Shown piece by piece: positions 23,040-36,359 of a DNA stretch of 63,896 nt (positions are counted from its first letter, which is position 1; every line of letters starts with the position of its first letter). The DNA is from Ginglymostoma cirratum (Eukaryota). Both the position numbers and the translations under genes were made by a program. The stretch spans positions 16,441,341 to 16,505,236 of the forward strand of contig JAHRHZ010000111.1 in the NCBI GenBank assembly GCA_024137785.1, read 5' to 3'. The notes beneath the pieces were generated by a model. It ran no database searches. It was not told where the DNA came from and saw nothing but the letters and a program-made list of their open reading frames with translations.

Positions 23040-25800
23040 TAGATACATTTATTCCCCCCCTCTCAAGTTCATATAACATTGTCTTAATGGGAGTGCTAAA
23101 TGCTTTCCTCAGTATTAACCACTTCAGAGCCTAACCCCACGCAACACCGTCCTTCAATCCATTTTTCCAATTTTAATAATTATAAATTCATGTATATGGC
23201 CACATTTACCACTACCTGATCTTCCCCCAAGCCTTTGACTTCACAAATTTAGCTGGTCCTGCTTGTATCACTGCTCTTGTTTAACAGGGAGACCAGCGCT
23301 TTATTATTTGTGTCCATGAGCACTTGCAGGCCAACGTTTTGTCAGAAAATCTCTTGTAAGCTCATGTGACTAAAAGTGCTTCCTTCTCAGTGACTGCATT
23401 TTGTGTCTGACAATGCCAATGATTCATAATAGGCCAGTTTCGAACAGCCAGTAGCTGCTTGGATGATGAGAGAAGGATGGATTGTAGTGGGCCAAGGTAT
23501 TTGTGAACATTAACATGTCCTTAAACTCTTGGGTATCATCCTCCTGATGAGGTTGCAACACCATCCATGTGTATTCTTGTAGAGTCTCCTCAATGGTTCA
23601 GGTATAGTTGCCAAATGAAACAAGAATTTCACCATCTGGTTTGCTATCTATGAAAATCTTTGCAGATCATGAACAATTTTGGAACAGGAAAATCCTTAAC
23701 AGCCTTTGCATTGGGCAGTATTCCAATGTGTCCTCAGAAGCAAATAGATTTCTTGGAAAATTTATGTCACCCTTTGGTCTATAGGCTTTTAAAACTGCAA
23801 GGCTGTCTTGGTCATGCTCTTTGACTGTCTTGCCATGTATCAACATGCCATCCATGTGGCATACCAGATCTTCGAAATCTTGCAGAATATCGGATATAGT
23901 CTGCTGAAAAATCTCTGGGACTGAGTCAATCGCAAATAGTAATCTGTTGAAGGAAAATCTCCCAAATAGTGTTATGAGTGGTAGTAAGCAACCTTAACTG
24001 CTCATTTAATAGCGCCTGCCGGAATGCACTGTTGTCATCAGGTTTTGTGAAAACTTTACTTTCTAACAATTTGGCTAAATTCTCATCTATTGTAGACATG
24101 TGGGGATCTTCTCTTTCCATCACCTTTGTTGAGCTGTGTGATTCCAACATAAATTGGGATGGACTAATTGAGTTTGAGTTTGGTAAACATGTCAATTTGT
24201 TTTATTATGAAGATTTAGAATATCTTAGTGTGGAAATACATTTTGGTAATACAAACAAGGACAGAACTTATACAATTAATGGTGGGGCCCTGGGCAGTGT
24301 TGTAGAACAGAGAGGTTTAGGGGTTCAGGTATATAATTATTTGAAATTTGCATCACAGGTAGACAGGGTGGTAAAGTCAGCCGTTAGCACACTTGTCTTC
24401 ATTGCTCAGACCTTTGAGTATAGGAGTTGGGATGCCATATTTGAGGTTGTACAGGATGTTGGTGAGGCCTGTTCTGGAGGATTGCGTGCGACTCTGGTCA
24501 CGCTGTTGCTGAAAGGATATTATTAAACTGGAGGAGGGTTGGAAAAGATTTGCTGGGATGTTACTGGGAATGGGGGTTTTGAAATATAAAAATAGGCTGG
24601 AAAGACTAGGAGATTTTTCATTAGAGGGTTGGAGGTTGAGGTATTGCTGGGATGAAAAAGATGAATATTTCCTTCTGGTGTTTGTATTTAGGTCATTCCA
24701 ATTGTCTTTGCATTGTGTAACATTGAACACATTCTTCTTTTTAATCTTAAAATAACCTTTTGTTTTCTTCCGTTAAAATTACGTTGTCAACTTCTTGTGA
24801 ATATGAATCTCCATAGTAAATAAAATATGAAACATATGACCTATCAATCCAGGTCTCATTCTGGGATCTTTCTAGCCCATTATTAGCATTAGCTGGGATC
24901 ATAACAGTTACATCACCATGAGCAAAATGACCTATATTCTAGTCATTTCCTCAAGTTGTTTCTGAATTTCTTTCATTAAGTTAATCTTCCTAGATGCATA
25001 GAGATTTTCTGACTTGCCATCTTTCTTTAAGGTGATGCAGGTTTCAATATTGACCTTCCAAAGGCTGTTCAAATGAACTCTTTTCTTTTGCTATTGACTA
25101 TCTTTGACTTGTTGAAGAAAGCTGAGGCCAAAACATACATTCCTGTTTAAGTGTTTTATAGTCTCAGTGTTGTCCAATTTAGAGTGCAATCCTTGGCTCC
25201 AGTCCTCAGTGATATGGTTCAAGGATGACTAACTGTAACCACTGTCACATTGAGCATGATAAGCCACAAATAACCTCTGGAGACCTGGATAAAGGAGCTG
25301 AGTTTGGAGTTTGTTCAATTATTTAAGATTCTGTTCATAATCAGGCAAACAACCCCTGATTAGTGCACAACACATATAGACATTGATATGTTTACAGTCT
25401 TTGACCTTTTCAGTTGCTGAATAAATATTTCATTATCCATCTGATTGTATATCTTTAGTAGGATCACACTTTCAAGTATCTACACATTGCATGTTGTTCT
25501 CACCATGAGGGAATAAACAGTGGTCTGTGAGACAATGCGCTAATATTGATTAGCGCTAATTTTTTTTTACCTCTTAAGACTTCAGTCAGCATAACATATC
25601 TGAGTGTGGTGCAGTAAAGTTTCTCATGATAGACAGCAATTAGACAGGAATCCTGAGGAATTTCCCTTTGACACTTCCATCATTGTTATCACTTCAATGT
25701 TTCACAGTGCTAAGTGTTTTAGACTACTAAGTTGCCCTGGACTATTTGAGCACTCTCTAGCATAGTGTTGAACCTGCGAGTAGCAACGTGATAGGCAGTT
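23040..25800 (-). mobile_element. Gypsy LTR-retrotransposon internal relic (gag-pol), interrupted by CR1 and an LTR fragment
   Basis: STIDENLAKLLESKVFTKPDDNSAFRQ (cf. PTVDE.LA.L.GA.VFSKLDANSGFWQ) and LVCHMDGMLIHGKTVKEHD (decayed xxDD). A purine tract gagaggggggg lies on the minus strand at about 23054-23064. Confidence 0.7.
24230..24640 (+). mobile_element. CR1 LINE fragment
   Basis: HFGNTNKDRTYTINGGALGSVVEQRGLGVQV...QVDRVVK is typical CR1 ORF2 sequence. Confidence 0.9.
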
Positions 25801-25832
25801 TTTCTTGGCAAATCAATAAGCTATGAAGAATA

Positions 25833-26040
25833 TAAAAACAGAAAACGCTGGAGAAACTCAGCATGTCTGGCAGCATCTGTGGAGAGAAAACAGAGTTAAT
25901 GTTTCAGATCTAGTGACCCATCTTCAGAACCCTGAAATGTTAACTCTGCTTTCTCTCTGCAGAAGCTGCCAGACCTGCTAAATTTCTCCAGCAATTTCTG
26001 TTTTTGTTGCAGATTTCCAACACCCACAGTTCTTTTTTAA
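25833..26040 (+). mobile_element. Palindromic mini-PLE (family 2, older)
   Basis: Inverted arms are aaaaacagaaaacgctggagaaact... and ...tttctccagcaatttctgttttt, plus a tail. The imperfect TSD is agctatgaagaata / agctatgagggaata. Confidence 0.85.
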
Positions 26041-27057
26041 TAGAGCTATGAGGGAATATGGACAATATGAACTACCCAACATACACCTCACAGTCTTGAA
26101 TGGCAGTGTGCTCCCTTGAACAGCTCATACTAGAATGAACCTCTCTCTGCACAGATTTATGGATTCATCTCACAAGGTGCATGTAAGTATGAAATAATGT
26201 GTGAAAACCAGGGCCTAGTATGTTTTTAGCCTAAGTATTGTTTACTTGAAAGTGTAACGCCTTGGCTACAGACTTCAACATAATTGTTTAATGATAACTG
26301 ACTAAAACGACCTTTCTGAACTTTCAATGGAATTACCATTGCTGAATCCTTCATTATTAACATCTACTTCCTTGGCAATTCCTGCAGTTACCAATGGTGG
26401 GAATTCCATGTGGTCCCAATGTGTAACTACGTTCTACGTTGTTGCAACGATGATCTTCTTATGGGAAAATCTGGGTCTGAGGTCCAGGAGCTAACTTTTA
26501 CACAAGATTGGCTATTGCTTGCATTTATATCTGGTATATTCAGTTGGTGAATGATTCCTTCATCCCATTCCCCATGTGCATTGTTTAATTCACACAGAAG
26601 TTAGAACACTTAATAGTTACTTGTAAAGTTGAATTGTCAAGTTCTGATTAAGTTTATTATTTACACTTTTGGAAACAAACCATTGAAACATGCTATGCCT
26701 CTCATTTACTAAAAAAGGAAGAGATGTAATGTATTGAATCTATATTTGTTCCAAGTATATCTACTATACCCCCGTAACAGCAGAGGGAGATGAGAAGGAA
26801 AATGAAGGAATTCGTGTTGAAGACGATGTGCAGTGAATGCATCTTACTGAATCTTTGTTTTTTTGTCCCCAAGAACTTCACACCTATCTCATATTGTTCC
26901 ATACTCCTCAAATCCCATGACCAGATAATCCATATTAGTGACGGTCAGGTGACTAGCGAACTTCTGCTGCTGTTATGTTTCACAATACCATTTACAACCA
27001 CTTAAGAGAGCTTTCACTTTACGTACCAAATAGAAATATGAAGCTGACTGCCTCCCA

Positions 27058-27123
27058 CAGTATTGATTCTTTTGGTGCCCAGTTCCCTCAGTATCGATTC
27101 TCTTGGTGCCTAACTCCCTCAGT
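27058..27123. repeat. 31-bp tandem duplication
   Basis: The units are cagtattgattcttttggtgcccagttccct and cagtatcgattctcttggtgcctaactccct. Confidence 0.8.
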
Positions 27124-30100
27124 GCCCATTGCCTCCACCAGTGCAGCATTTCTGCAGTGCCTGACTCCTTCAGTTTCCAGTTCATCATTTTTCACTACCT
27201 CCATGCCTACCACCTCCATGAGTTCCTCAGTACTGCGTTGAAGTGTCAACGTCAATCATATAGTCAAGTTGATTTATGCGCTAAAGTCTCCAGAGTCTAG
27301 CATGAAACTATAATCCTCAAGAATAAGTACTTGCTCATAAACATATCTGCCATTGGCCTTTTGTGGCTTGCACTAGTTTGGCAGAAATACAGAAAAGTTT
27401 TTTGTCAGTGCACCTTGGTTTTCTCCTGAAGTAATTTTAAACACTGTTACTTATTTTATCTGAGATTGAATATTTCAACAATTCAAAGAATGCAAACTTT
27501 TTTATTGCTTCTCCAATACGCACACTCATAATGATAAATCATTACTTTTGTTTTTAATATGACACTGAAAATCTAATTATTCTTACCAGTTTATGTACAT
27601 TATATTTAATTAACGGGACCAAGCTATTATTCACCTGCCTATGGTGCAATAAAGCCGGATGCTTCTGGTTTTAATTTATTGTACAATAATTTAGTCGCAA
27701 CTCTCAAACACAGGGGCTAAGAGGAGATATAAGTAAAATAAATAAGCTCTACTACTCAAATACCAAATAAAAGATTTAAGAACGTTTATTCATGTAATTC
27801 AAAAACTGCCAATCTGCAAACACCACGAAAAGTAATTATAACTTTTGTGACATGCTTGAGAATCCGGGAAATGCCATAATGATACCCAGACTACTGGTAG
27901 AATTCTTGTGACTTTTATACCTTTCTTCAAATATTTCTAGTGCACCTGAAAATCTGTAAAGATTAAAGCGCTATAAAGCAGAAAGTAAATGGACCAATGC
28001 ATATCCAAAAGGCGTGAGGAGAGAATTGATGCTGTTTTAAAGACCGAGCTATTAAAAGGGGTGACCAGAAATTTTCAACCTCTTGCTAACTATGATTCTG
28101 TTCTCACCTGAAAATATTGCTGGAAATAATACTTGTAATCATAACTTTTAAAAAAAGTCTGCTTTATTACATTGTTAAAATACTTTTAACATTTGGATTT
28201 ATTTATCATACAGAGGATTCTTGGGTATGTAACCACCTTCTAACCTGCAGACATGCCTGATCCACCTAGGCCACCTCTGTTTAATTAGTCCTGGCACGTT
28301 TGGCAACCCTACCTTTCAGTGGACTGCTGCATTTGAGATTAACATCTTGCCATGACATACCTGTAATGCACCAGAGATAGTGCACATGGAACTTATTTCT
28401 TAAGTAAATAAATAAATTATCATTTCTCACATTACATGGAAAATGACTTTTGGCACTCTTAGAATCAATTTGGTAGTAAGATGGAGACTGAAATATGGAG
28501 TAAAATGGATCAGCTGCCTATTTTATGAGTGCACAGCTGCCTGCAAGTGGCTGTTAAAATTAACTTCCAAAGCAACTCCCAGTTGGAAACCCCAGTACTT
28601 CTTTCATGCCAACTGCCCAGGGATTATGATTTTCTCTTTGACATCCTGTCCAATTCACAAGTGGCTCCTTGGCCCACTCTTTAGGATTAAATATGGGGCA
28701 GTACAGACACACCTACTGTGAGATATGCAGAAAATTTCAAAAGCACAGATACATGTCAGTGGTGATCACAGCAGACTAACCTCAAGCAGAACTATCACGA
28801 GTGCCAGACTAACATGAAGGTCAACCAGATCCAAATTAAACAAAATACCTCTTGACTTAATTTAAATTCATATTTATGCCAATTAAGTATTATAATTGAC
28901 TTTTAGAGAGATAGATGTAGAACAAAAATGAACTAGCTTCTGGTAGGCAGCGAGTTAATAATAAAATTAATTCTCACTCCTAATATACTCATCCATTTAA
29001 TTCCATGAACAGATTAACTACTATGTGTTTGAGAGGGATTTTTGTTATATAGTTTTTCAAGCCTCAAAGATAACAATGTAATCGTAATTTACTATTTTCA
29101 AATAAATATCAATTTAATCCTTTAATTTGGATGCAATGTTTTGTCTCATTAAAATATATTAAAGAGAGCATGCTTTATTAAAAATATTTCCCAAAAACAC
29201 TTGGTCAGGTTATACACCAAGCAAAACTAAAGACAATTTATTTTAATTTGCAGAAACAGGAGAGAATTAAAACATTTTGCTTTATATTGTTTCCATTTTC
29301 CATTTTTCGTAACATAGCCAACTGGGTATAGACATAATACCTCTTAGAAGTGTGAGCAATCTAACTGGCTTTTTAATTGTCCAAACATTATTGAATGATC
29401 CTGTGAATATCCTTGTTGATCATCTTTCATTTTCTGAAATTAACTTCTCATTTTGTGTTGACTAAAGAATGAGACATATTTCTGCAACAGAATGGCATAC
29501 AACAGCTGGAAAGGTGGGAGGGTTTTATCAAATTGAAGTAGGAACCTTTCAAGTGCAAACATTATTTTGATAAGAGGAAATAGGTGTGGGTGTGTTATGG
29601 TGAGAGCGACAGTATATGCTGATGAGTTAAGAGTCTAATTTTAAGTTGAATTCAATGGTACAGCAACAAGCAAGCTTGTACCTCACAATACAGCTTAGTA
29701 ATGCTATTGCAAAGGGCAAAGAGGGCTGTTTGACAGCTACTTATATATAAGTTAATGTATGGCATACATTTAGAAGATTAATCTTGTGAAGGCCAAATTT
29801 AAAGAAAAATAAATGCCTAAAGGTACAACAGCTGAGGCAAAACATGTATGGGCAAGGAACGTTGTTGAATACCTTAGCTGGAAGAAATAATTGTTTGATT
29901 CAAGTGAGATTGACCTACAGTTCACATACCAACACCCTTCTGCCACTTTAAACAAATGTTTGAGTATGGAAATTAATGTTGTTCCTAAAAGTGATAAATC
30001 TAATAAAAATTTGAATTTTCTGTTCTGACGAAAGATTCTGATTTCTCTCCTCAATCAAACGGAGAGACCTGAGGGATAGTGTAGTTGGTGAGTTCTGGGA

Positions 30101-30279
30101 TATTCACCTTTTCATCCCGGGCAGTGCCCCAGCATTAGGGGTAACTTGTTAAATGCTGGTTTGGCAGGGCATGAGAGGCTAACGCACAGTCTGCCGATTC
30201 TGTCAAATTTACTGCACATGCAACTTAAAGGCTCAGGTAAAGGAGTTCTTTGAAGCTGTGTGTGTGATCTCTCTGATGT

Positions 30280-30720
30280 CTTAACTTCACCTCTGCAAGC
30301 TCCTAATGGTGTCTTTTGATGTGTTAGGTGTGTTCCTGAATAAGGATCCAGTTTAGATAGTCATAGGCTTGGGATGTCATCAGTCAACAGGCTTGTTTGA
30401 TCTTTTCAGGGATGTTTTGAGGATTTCCCTAAAGTCCTTCTGTTGCTCTGCTGGGAGTCTCCTGTTGCAACAAGGTTCCACGTAGATGGTTTGCATTTCA
30501 TGATCTTGGTGTCAAACGTGCAATGTTATGTTCCGCCCAGAGGGGGCTGGTTTTCAGTGAGTTAAATGTCAGCTGCCCCTGGGAACTGTACATACATGAA
30601 TGACTGACTGCTCCCACAAGATTGAGAAATGCCAGGTTTGAGGACAGCACTTGGGGTTCCCAATGACTTCGGATAATGCAACAGGCACTCACCATCATAG
30701 CAACAATTAGAGCTTAAGTT
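30280..30720 (-). mobile_element. Old RTE LINE 3' relic
   Basis: The minus strand reads LWAEHNIARLTPR.., resembling the RTE motif RWAGH..RM...R.PK, followed by a GGQ.K.F.D-like remnant. Confidence 0.5.
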
Positions 30721-31056
30721 TCATTGTCAAGAGGAAGTTCGTGGAAACAAAAGTGGCAGATAAAAAACAAAGTTTAGTTTTATTGACTAGAAAATACAGG
30801 CGTTCCTTAACATTTGCTGAAGGTGACTGCAAAAAGTGAAGGACAGCGAGGTTATGAAGCTCTCTTGGATAATGAGGGTGATCCTAGAGTAATGAACTGT
30901 TTTGGTTGAGGAGAGTGAAGTCTGTTTGTACTCGATGTTGTCCGGATGATGACTGAATAAATCAGTTGTAGACCTGTTATGTACCACTCTATACATTCTA
31001 AGGCCAGCAGTAGTAAGGTTGAAGTTCATGCCAGGAAGAATGTCTGAGGTGGGAAA

Positions 31057-31254
31057 ATGATGGGGAGGTGCTGGTGTTGGACTGGGGTGGACAAAGTCAG
31101 AAGTCACACAACACCAGGTTATAGTCCAACAGGTTTATTTGAAATCACAAGCTTTCACAGTGCTCCTCCTTCATCAGGGAGGAGTGCTCCAAATGATTGT
31201 GATTTCAAATAAACCTGTTGGATTATAACTTGGTGTCATGTGGCTTCTGATTTT
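31057..31254 (-). mobile_element. Palindromic mini-PLE (family 3)
   Basis: Arms are tcagaagtcacacaacaccaggttatagtccaacaggtttatttgaaatcacaa and its reverse complement. The minus strand at the axis reads CTGATGAaggag...GAAAGCTT. The tail is on the left. Confidence 0.88.
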
Positions 31255-31706
31255 AGGATGGAAAAAGGTATTGATTTTTACTAGCAGGTCATCAAGGGTG
31301 AAGTTGAAAGTGGATTCAGCTGCAGAATTATTGAGCTGAAGTAGTCAATTTAAAAGTGCAATCTTACGTGTCTCTAGGACCTTGGCTATCACACAGACAG
31401 GGATGTTAGCTCAAGCGGTATTGAAGACCTGACTCTACAAGTCCTGAATCCAGCCTCTGCCATTTTCACAAGTGTCAGGAATGGGGGCAGGGTTTAATTT
31501 TCAACACGGTTCACAGAGAAAACTACTTGTGTTAATGTCAGATCTGATTTTCACTAATAGGATTCCCAAAACAGAATGGCCGCACTTTATAGCTGAAAGG
31601 AGAAGTTTTAAAGCTACTGGAGTTCTTTGGAGTGGTAAGATAACCTTCTGGAGGGATGAAGTGCTCTTCTGAAATGCGTTGATGACTCTTTTGGGAAAGG
31701 TCATGG

Positions 31707-32065
31707 GATGTGGTGGTGCAAGGGTATTATCACTGGATCGTAATTTATAGATCCAGGTTAATGCTTTGGGGACATGGTTCTGAATCCCAACATGGTAGAT
31801 GATGGATCAATAAAAATCTGGAATTAAAAGTTGACCTAATGGTGATCATGTAATCATTGTCAACTGTTGTAAAAATTCACTTGGTTCACTAATGCCTAGT
31901 AGTGAAAGAAATCTGTCATTGATACCTCATCTGGCCTACATGTGACTCCAGGCAGACAGCAAAGTGGCCTCAGCAAGCCAGTCAGTTCAAATGACATTTA
32001 AGGATGGGCAACAAATGCTGACCAAGAAGGCAATGTCCACATTCAAATAACAAACAAAATAAAAA
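31707..32065 (+). mobile_element. tRNA-derived SINE with a family-B LINE tail (older copy)
   Basis: Homologous to 47816-48165 (ggttcactaatg...tctggcctacatgtgactccag...ggatgggcaa.aaatgctg). Confidence 0.8.
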
Positions 32066-33012
32066 AAAGGTGCCCTTTGGGAATATTCAAGAAAAGCATA
32101 AATGTGTGTATCAAGCTCATTGGAACTGTCAAGTGGTCAAAGCATTTTGATTTCTTACCCATTAAATATTTGAACAAAGCTGTCTGCAGTTGTAAAACAT
32201 GTTAATTCATGCTATCTGTTCACATAAGTTTGAAGGTGGCAATTACATAATTAACATTATAAAATTGATTTAATAATCTTCCAATATTGCAGTGAGATGT
32301 CAATTCACAGTTCGATTGACAGCAGCGTGTTGTTAGAAACTCGGAAGTGGGACAATGAATCAAATGTTTGCTTTTATAAGGGATTAAAGAATGTTAAACA
32401 TGGTGATTGGATTTTATCAAAGATGGTTTTGTTTTTAAGCAGTGAATAAATCAATAAAACATTATTTGAGAAGAACATTTTTTAATTTCATCATGGCACC
32501 TGAGGTTTGCATGTGATGGATGGTTGATGAGTCGACTAGTTAGATGTCAGAGAAACAATCCATTTGCATACAGGCTATAAAGGACTTTGAGACATGGATA
32601 GAGGAGCATAGATTGACATGGATTGGTATGGATGGGCCATGGGGAATGTGTGGGTACGTGAAGGTGAATCAGTAGAATGAGATAGAGGGACTTTTTTTCA
32701 TTTTATTCATTTATTTCCTTTTTTCCTCCCAATTTTTGAAGCATCAAGGTTGACAATCCAACTGTTCATGGGGTCACCTGCCATGTCTCCTTTTAAAGCT
32801 ATCAATCCAGAATGAAAATTGGAACTTCTGAAGCAAGCTTTCCTGTTCATATATGCAGAGTCACTGGCGTTGTCCAGGTTCTGTGTTTCCAAGCAAAGAG
32901 GAAAGTTCAGGTCTCGGTGTGTATGGGAAGTAGGCCCAAATCCCATAAGATTTACTCACTAACTCCATTCCTAGGATACTGCCCCAGCAGTGAGCCAGAG
33001 GAATTTTTTTTT

Positions 33013-33960
33013 AAATTCATTTGTGGGATGTGGGCATTGATGGCTGGCCAGCACTTCTTGCCTATCCCTAGTTGCCTTTGAGAAGGTAATGGTGAGCTGT
33101 CTTCTTGAACTGCTGGAGTCCACCAGCTGTAAGTTGACCCACAAGGCTGTTAGGGAGGGAATTTCAGATTTTGACACAGCAACAGGGAAGGAATGGCGAT
33201 ATATTTCCAAGTCAGGATTGTGAGTGGCTTGGCAGGGAAGTTGGAGGTGGTCGTGTTCCCATATGTCTGCAGCCCTTGTCCTTCTAGATAGAAGTGATCA
33301 TGGGTTTGGAAGGTGATGTCTAAGAATCTTTGGTGAATTTCTGCAGTGCATCTTGTAGATAGTACACACTGCTGCTACTGAGCATCGGTGGTGGAGGGAG
33401 TGGATGCTTGTGGATGTAATGCCAATCAAGCGGGCTGCTTTGTCCTGGATGTTGTCAAGTTTCTTGAGTGTTATTGGGACTGAACTCATCCGGGCAAGTG
33501 GGGAATATTCCATCACACTCCTGAGTTGTGCCTTGTAGATGGTGGGCAGGCTTTAAGGAGTCAGGAGGTGAGTTACTTGCCACAGTATTCCTAGCTTCTG
33601 ACCTGCTCTTGTAGCCACTGAGTTTATGTGGTGAGTCCAGTTGAGTTCCTGGTCAATGATAACCCCCAGGATGTTGATAATGAGGAACTCAGTGATGGCA
33701 ACACCATTGAATGTCAAAGGGCTGTGGTTCGATTGTCTCCTATTGGTGATGGTCATAGCCTGGCATTTGTGTGGCACGAATGTCACTTGCCACTTGTCAT
33801 CCCAAGCCTGAATGTTATTTAGATCTTGTTGCATTTGAACATGGACTGCTTCAGCATCTGAGAAATCATGAATGGTGCTGAGCATTGTGCAATCATTGGC
33901 GAAGATCCCCATTTCTGACCTTATGATGGAGGGAAAATCATTGATGAAGCAGCTGTAATG
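33013..33960 (-). mobile_element. Family-B LINE 3' part including the 3' UTR
   Basis: ORFs 33553-33912 (IFANDCT..IQAWDDKWQVTFVPHKCQ..ILGVIIDQELNW) and 33298-33516 (MEYSPLA..KLDNIQDKAARLI). Confidence 0.92.
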
Positions 33961-33982
33961 AGGTCAGGAGCTAAATCAGAGA

Positions 33983-34200
33983 CAAAAAAATGCAGAAGCT
34001 GAGATCCAAGGTAGACAATCAGGAGGTTGGAAGAACACAGCAAGACAGGCAAAATCTGGAGGAAAAGAGCAGTCAAAGTTTTGGGCATTACCCTTGTTCA
34101 GAAGTCCTGAGGAAAGATAATACCTGAAATATCAACTACTTCTTTCCTCCATGTGCTGTCAGGCTTGCTGTGTTCTTTCAAACTCCAGTTTGTTTACCCT
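33983..34200 (-). mobile_element. Old palindromic mini-PLE (fourth, diverged family)
   Basis: Inverted arms ggtagacaa..gaagaacacagcaagacagg and ggcttgctgtgttctttc..ttgtttacc flank cccttgttcag..ctgaggaaag, a decayed hammerhead core. Confidence 0.7.
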
Positions 34201-34479
34201 GTTTCCTTCTATTCCTTGTGGCAATAACTTATTGGAATTATAATTAACCATGTGTGTTCTGTCGATAATGACAAAAAATGTGAATATTTGTCCGTCAGTT
34301 AACATCAATAAAATATTCCCCAATCAGTTTCACCTTACCATGTGAGTCGAAATGACTGCTACATTTCCCACATTACAATGTTGATGAAATTTAAAAGTAT
34401 TTGATTGGCTGTTGTGAGTATCAGGATATCTGAGATTGTGAAATACAATTGGAACTTTTCTTTTCTTTCAAAATCCCAA

Positions 34480-34756
34480 CAATGGTAACACTATTACCTC
34501 ACAGCAGCATGGAGCTGTGTTCAATCTGTGTCTATCTGTGTGGAGTTTGCACATGCTCCCTGTGTCTGTGAGGGTTTCCTCTGGGTGCTCTGGTTTCCTC
34601 CCGCAATTGAAAGATGTGCAGGTTAGATGGATTGGTCACGCTAAATTGCCCGTAGTGTCTAGAGTCTGGGGTGGATCTGGGTGGGATGCTCTTCGGAGGG
34701 TCGGTGTGGACTCGATGGATTGACTGGCCTGCTTCCATGCTGTAGGGATTGTATGT
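34480..34756 (+). mobile_element. HE1-type V-SINE
   Basis: V domain tgtgtggagtttgcacatgctccctgtgtctg... and tail ggcctgcttccatgctgtagggattgtatg. Confidence 0.88.
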
Positions 34757-36359
34757 GCTTCTTCCATGAATATTCAGACATAGCCCTGGGTTGCTAGATT
34801 GGTGAGAGCTGCTGCATCTAAGCTGAAAATAATTGAAAGTTAGACTGTGAACAACATCCTCCAGGGTTTCATTAATCTCATTGTTAACAAGAGATCTGAT
34901 TTCTCGCATAGCAGTAGAGTAGAGTTTTCCTTCAGGATAGCAGTGTTTGTGGGCACTGCAGCCAACAATGCCTAGAGGAACTGTATGGCATTGGATCGAT
35001 CATGTAGCAGCGCAAGAAGTACCATCTGCAGCAAGGTGAGGACCCAACTGCTACAATACAAGGCCTGCATCAGTCCTCAAACTTTCTCTCGGGATGCAGA
35101 AACCAGCCAGCTTGTATATTCCAACTAGTTAGGCAAAATCCAGCAGAAGCTGAAGATTTATTTAAATAAATTGCTGTCCCTTGGTGGGAGGCATTGTGCT
35201 AATGAGTTTTACAGTGCATATATGTGAAAGCATTATGAAAGAAAGGAGAGGTGGTCGCAGTATAAATTCAGGATATTTCCATTTAAGAGCAGGAAAACAT
35301 GCTCCTCTGCATGTTAGTGTCTATTGATTAGAAATAAGGAACAATTTATGGCTCCAATGATGGACTAATATGAAGGATGTACAGGATTAACATTGCAAGG
35401 AAACTATAGATTAGTACAAACATTATAAAGTAATATTGATAATGGAGACTTTAATTGTCCAGATATAAACTGGCGTGGTAAAAATGTAAAGGGAAAATAG
35501 GATAAAGGCTGCTAAAACATATTCAGGACAATTTCCTGTGTCAGTAGGTTTCCAGCATCATGATGAAAGAGAAATTGTTGAATCAAATTCCAGGAAATGA
35601 GGTTGGGCAAGTGGTTCAAGCCATCAGCAAAGGAATACTTAGGGAACAGGGATCATGGTATCAGAAAGTTCAGATTAGCTATTTAAAAGAACTAAGAGAA
35701 ATTCAGAGTAAAAATCATTCATTAGGAGAGGTGGGGTGAGAATGGATATTGCTCAGGTAATCTGAGATCAAAGATTGTCAGGCAAAACTCCAAACGACCA
35801 ATTGGGTGCCTTTAAAGATAGGATAGTTAGGTATAGGTGAAGTTCTTATGTTGGGGAAATGTAGAATGAACAAAGCTAGAGTAGCCTGGATGACAAAAGC
35901 AGGAGGAGGATGAAGCAGACAAGGTGTCCTTATTGCAGATGTCAGTTTAATAATATTCCTGAGAACCTGGCTGAGTATAGAAAGCTTAAATAGAAAGTGA
36001 AAAAGAAATGAGAAATGAAGAAAGTATGAAGAGAGATTGTCAACTAATAGAAGAACTAACCTGAAGGTATTTAGAGACACAGATGTGGCAAAAGGATGGT
36101 TAAAGGAAGATTTGAGACCAATTAGCAATTAAAGAGGGTTTTTTTACATAGACACAGCAGGCAAAATGAAAATTTTGCATTTGTCTTCACTAAGACACCA
36201 ATATTGTGTTGTAAGCTGGCAGCTGAAACACTAAATGAGCTAAAAATTGATAAAGAGGAAACATCAGTAAGGTTGAATATTGTTAACGTTGCTAAGTTGC
36301 TAGGGCTGGATGTGATGCATCTATTGATATTAGCAGAATAATAGCGAAAATTGCAGAAG

